The notes beneath the pieces are model-generated. The model ran no database searches. It saw only the letters and a program-made list of their open reading frames with translations, and had not been told where the DNA came from. DNA of 62,440 nucleotides, filler included, from Globobulimina sp. (taxonomy: Eukaryota): assembly GCA_003354225.1 (NCBI GenBank). It is 27 parts of 27 records of this genome, joined end to end, with 100 filler letters (N's around TTAATTAATTAA, not from the genome) between each part and the next. Parts side by side here need not be neighbours in the genome. Positions count along the whole stretch, not along the records: positions 60,227 to 62,440 come from PIVH01008151.1; 26 more parts are not named here. One strand, 5' to 3'. A program made the translations under genes and the position numbers. This document shows positions 60,401 to 62,440 of the stretch, piece after piece (the stretch's first letter is position 1; the number at the start of each line of letters is the position of its first letter).

Positions 60401-62440
60401 GATCCGCACACCCATAACGAGGCCGTTGAGACACCTGTAGGTTTTCAATCTGTCGCCACCCGCCAACCTCTCGTGCAACACGCGGTTGCCATTCAAATAT
60501 GAGCCGTGATGCGAGCCCAAATCGGTAAAATATGCGTCATACTCATTATATTGAACCCTGGCATGCGAGCGCGAAACGTGCGCGTCGTCCAACACGATTT
60601 GATTGCTGCAGTCGCGGCCAATGGTTGCCACACTTTTCTTGGTCGATAACTTGATTTCTTTGCTCGACAAATCCGTATTGGTGACGGTCAAAATCAACAC
60701 CGAGTTCTCCTCAAAATCTTTCACTTCGCGGTTCAGCGGCAACGGCAAATACTTATCCAAACTGTCATATTCCTCTCGCAACGCCTTATACTCCGCCGTC
60801 ACTACGAAATTATATTTGAATTCAAAACTCAATTTCTCGTCCAATATCGACAAGATCCCGTCGAACAATTTCATTATTTGCGCATTTTTGTCATTTTGAT
60901 TTTCATTTTGATTTTGATCGCCGTCGCCGGCCTCGTTCAAACATTTATGAATATCGCCTATTAATTGGCAATCATAATCTTCTTCGCCCAAACACTGCCA
61001 AATGCACTTCTTCTTATTCTGGCCTTTGTCGTTGATGTATTGCTCAAATATCAGCTGTGCGTTGTCCACATTGTGATTCTGCTGCTTATAATGCAAAATG
61101 GCTAACCAGCATCGCAAAATCGACTGCAAATGCCGGTGTTTCAAGTAAGTGTCGAATATTTTGATGCCCTTTTTCTCGCACAACAAACTGTTCAAAGTCG
61201 ACACCTTGGAGCGGATTCCGCGGATCTTGTCCAAGATGTGGCGCGCCTCAATCTTGTCGAGGCATAACGCGGCGAACCACTCCGACAACGCCACCGGATG
61301 TCTGCAGCGCAAATAAATGGTGCGGAGCGGCGTTTGCACGTAAAACACGAAGCGATCGCATTTGATGCGCTCCTCATCCAACTGGACCGTGGCGTACTTC
61401 AACGGGATGAAGGATTTGGGCATCGACGAATGCGTCACTTGCGAGTCCGGATCGTGTTGGAAGTAATACAAAGTTTGGTGCGCCAACACAAAGAAGTGGT
61501 CCTCCCATTTGTGGTGCTTTACGCTGTCATGAATGTGCGAGTGAGAGTGGGTGTGCTTTAATATGCGCATAACTCCGGATTTCTCCTTGTTTGTACTGCC
61601 TAATAAGCCGACATTGTGCGCCAAGCCGGTCAACGTCAAGGAATTCATGATTTGGCTGTGCCGCTCGATCTGGATTTCAAACTGCGACTTTTCAATCGGT
61701 AGCAGCTGCTTACAAGCCTCCATTTTGGCGATCCACGTCTCGTTGCTGAAGATGGACAGCAACGCACTTTCAATGCAGCAGCAAAAGCGTTTCTTGTCGC
61801 GGTCGCACGACGCGGAGATCACGTAAATGCCGACGGGACTGAACAATTTGAACGAATTGTTGGCGGAACGCGACTCCAAATGCGCCACGAACAAATCCAA
61901 GTACTTATTGTTCCAATTTTGTTTGGCTTCGTAGTCTTCGCTGTTTTCCTTTTTTTCGTCGTCGAAGGTGTTGGATTGAATGAAGGAAATGGTGATCACC
62001 TGTTTGATTTTGGAGCTGGGCTCGCGTTTTAAGTATAAAATGTTGTGCACCAATTCTGCGTAAAAACGGGTGGCTTCGGATATGTTTCCACCGACTACGA
62101 CGAGGAAACCACTGCACGCTACCTCCTCTTCGTCGAGCTGTTGCTGCAGTTTTTGCTTTTCTTTTTCATTGAGTTTGGATTTCGATTTCGATTTCGATTT
62201 AGCGGCTGTCGCTGAGATAGGGTCATCGGGCAAATATTTTAATATGTTTTGCAAGGTTTGTAATTTTTCTTTGATGTCGTCCAATTCGTCATATTCTTTT
62301 TTCTTTTTCTTTGCTTTTTTTTTCTTTGAACTTGATATTATGGATAAACGTTCTTTTTGAAATTTATTACGTTTTCTGTCTTGTTCGTGAGTCTCTAATA
62401 AGGATTCGAAATCCTCATTGAAATTGTCTAAATTGTCTCC
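60380..62440 (-). CDS. PH + RGS + FHA multidomain signalling protein, 5' partial, 3' end possibly chimeric
   Basis: PH: WEDHFFVL...LYYF...EWFAAL. RGS: LNSLL...GIKIFDTYLK...LRCWLAI...AQLIFEQYI...F..TAEY. FHA: TIGRD...VSRSHA...DLGSHHGSYLNG. Confidence 0.85.
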   Translation of the reverse strand, partial: GDNLDNFNEDFESLLETHEQDRKRNKFQKERLSIISSSKKKKAKKKKKEYDELDDIKEKLQTLQNILKYLPDDPISATAAKSKSKSKSKLNEKEKQKLQQQLDEEEVACSGFLVVVGGNISEATRFYAELVHNILYLKREPSSKIKQVITISFIQSNTFDDEKKENSEDYEAKQNWNNKYLDLFVAHLESRSANNSFKLFSPVGIYVISASCDRDKKRFCCCIESALLSIFSNETWIAKMEACKQLLPIEKSQFEIQIERHSQIMNSLTLTGLAHNVGLLGSTNKEKSGVMRILKHTHSHSHIHDSVKHHKWEDHFFVLAHQTLYYFQHDPDSQVTHSSMPKSFIPLKYATVQLDEERIKCDRFVFYVQTPLRTIYLRCRHPVALSEWFAALCLDKIEARHILDKIRGIRSKVSTLNSLLCEKKGIKIFDTYLKHRHLQSILRCWLAILHYKQQNHNVDNAQLIFEQYINDKGQNKKKCIWQCLGEEDYDCQLIGDIHKCLNEAGDGDQNQNENQNDKNAQIMKLFDGILSILDEKLSFEFKYNFVVTAEYKALREEYDSLDKYLPLPLNREVKDFEENSVLILTVTNTDLSSKEIKLSTKKSVATIGRDCSNQIVLDDAHVSRSHARVQYNEYDAYFTDLGSHHGSYLNGNRVLHERLAGGDRLKTYRCLNGLVMGVRILVDILL

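Noticed and set aside
1-62440. Alternative nuclear genetic code, and rRNA or tRNA genes
   Set aside because: Conserved genes translate cleanly with the standard code once short introns are removed. No rRNA or tRNA was recognisable by eye.

Overview
This window is not one locus. It is 27 unrelated short contigs (2218 bp falling to about 2215 bp, so length-sorted) joined by artificial 100-bp linkers (N44-TTAATTAATTAA-N44). Most contigs are AT-rich eukaryotic nuclear DNA with 50-75 nt GT-AG introns. A divergent EFL GTPase and very divergent alpha/beta tubulins point to a foraminiferan or other rhizarian (inference). Recognisable genes include a Kir channel, Mpv17/PMP22, a SINA/CYHR1-like RING protein, G-alpha, RPC5, SSRP1, a 4-domain cation channel, TAP42, leishmanolysin, MPP-beta, RPL29, GDP-mannose pyrophosphorylase and a P2X-like receptor. 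Likely foreign material: one contig with a nematode-style CPG4-domain gene, an L1/Tx1 LINE, and two short bacterial-type fragments fused to eukaryotic genes. The strongest leads are: (1) two independent DYW-type deaminase genes with intact HxE/CxxC motifs, one with an upstream PPR array, suggesting an organellar C-to-U editing machinery; (2) a probable 2108-bp circular, strand-biased, gene-poor molecule; (3) two paralogous hairpin-forming introns flanking a 3-nt CCT; (4) a complete hAT MITE with an 8-bp TSD inside an intron, and a 51-bp perfect palindrome. All family calls rest on motif recognition by eye; no database searches were run.
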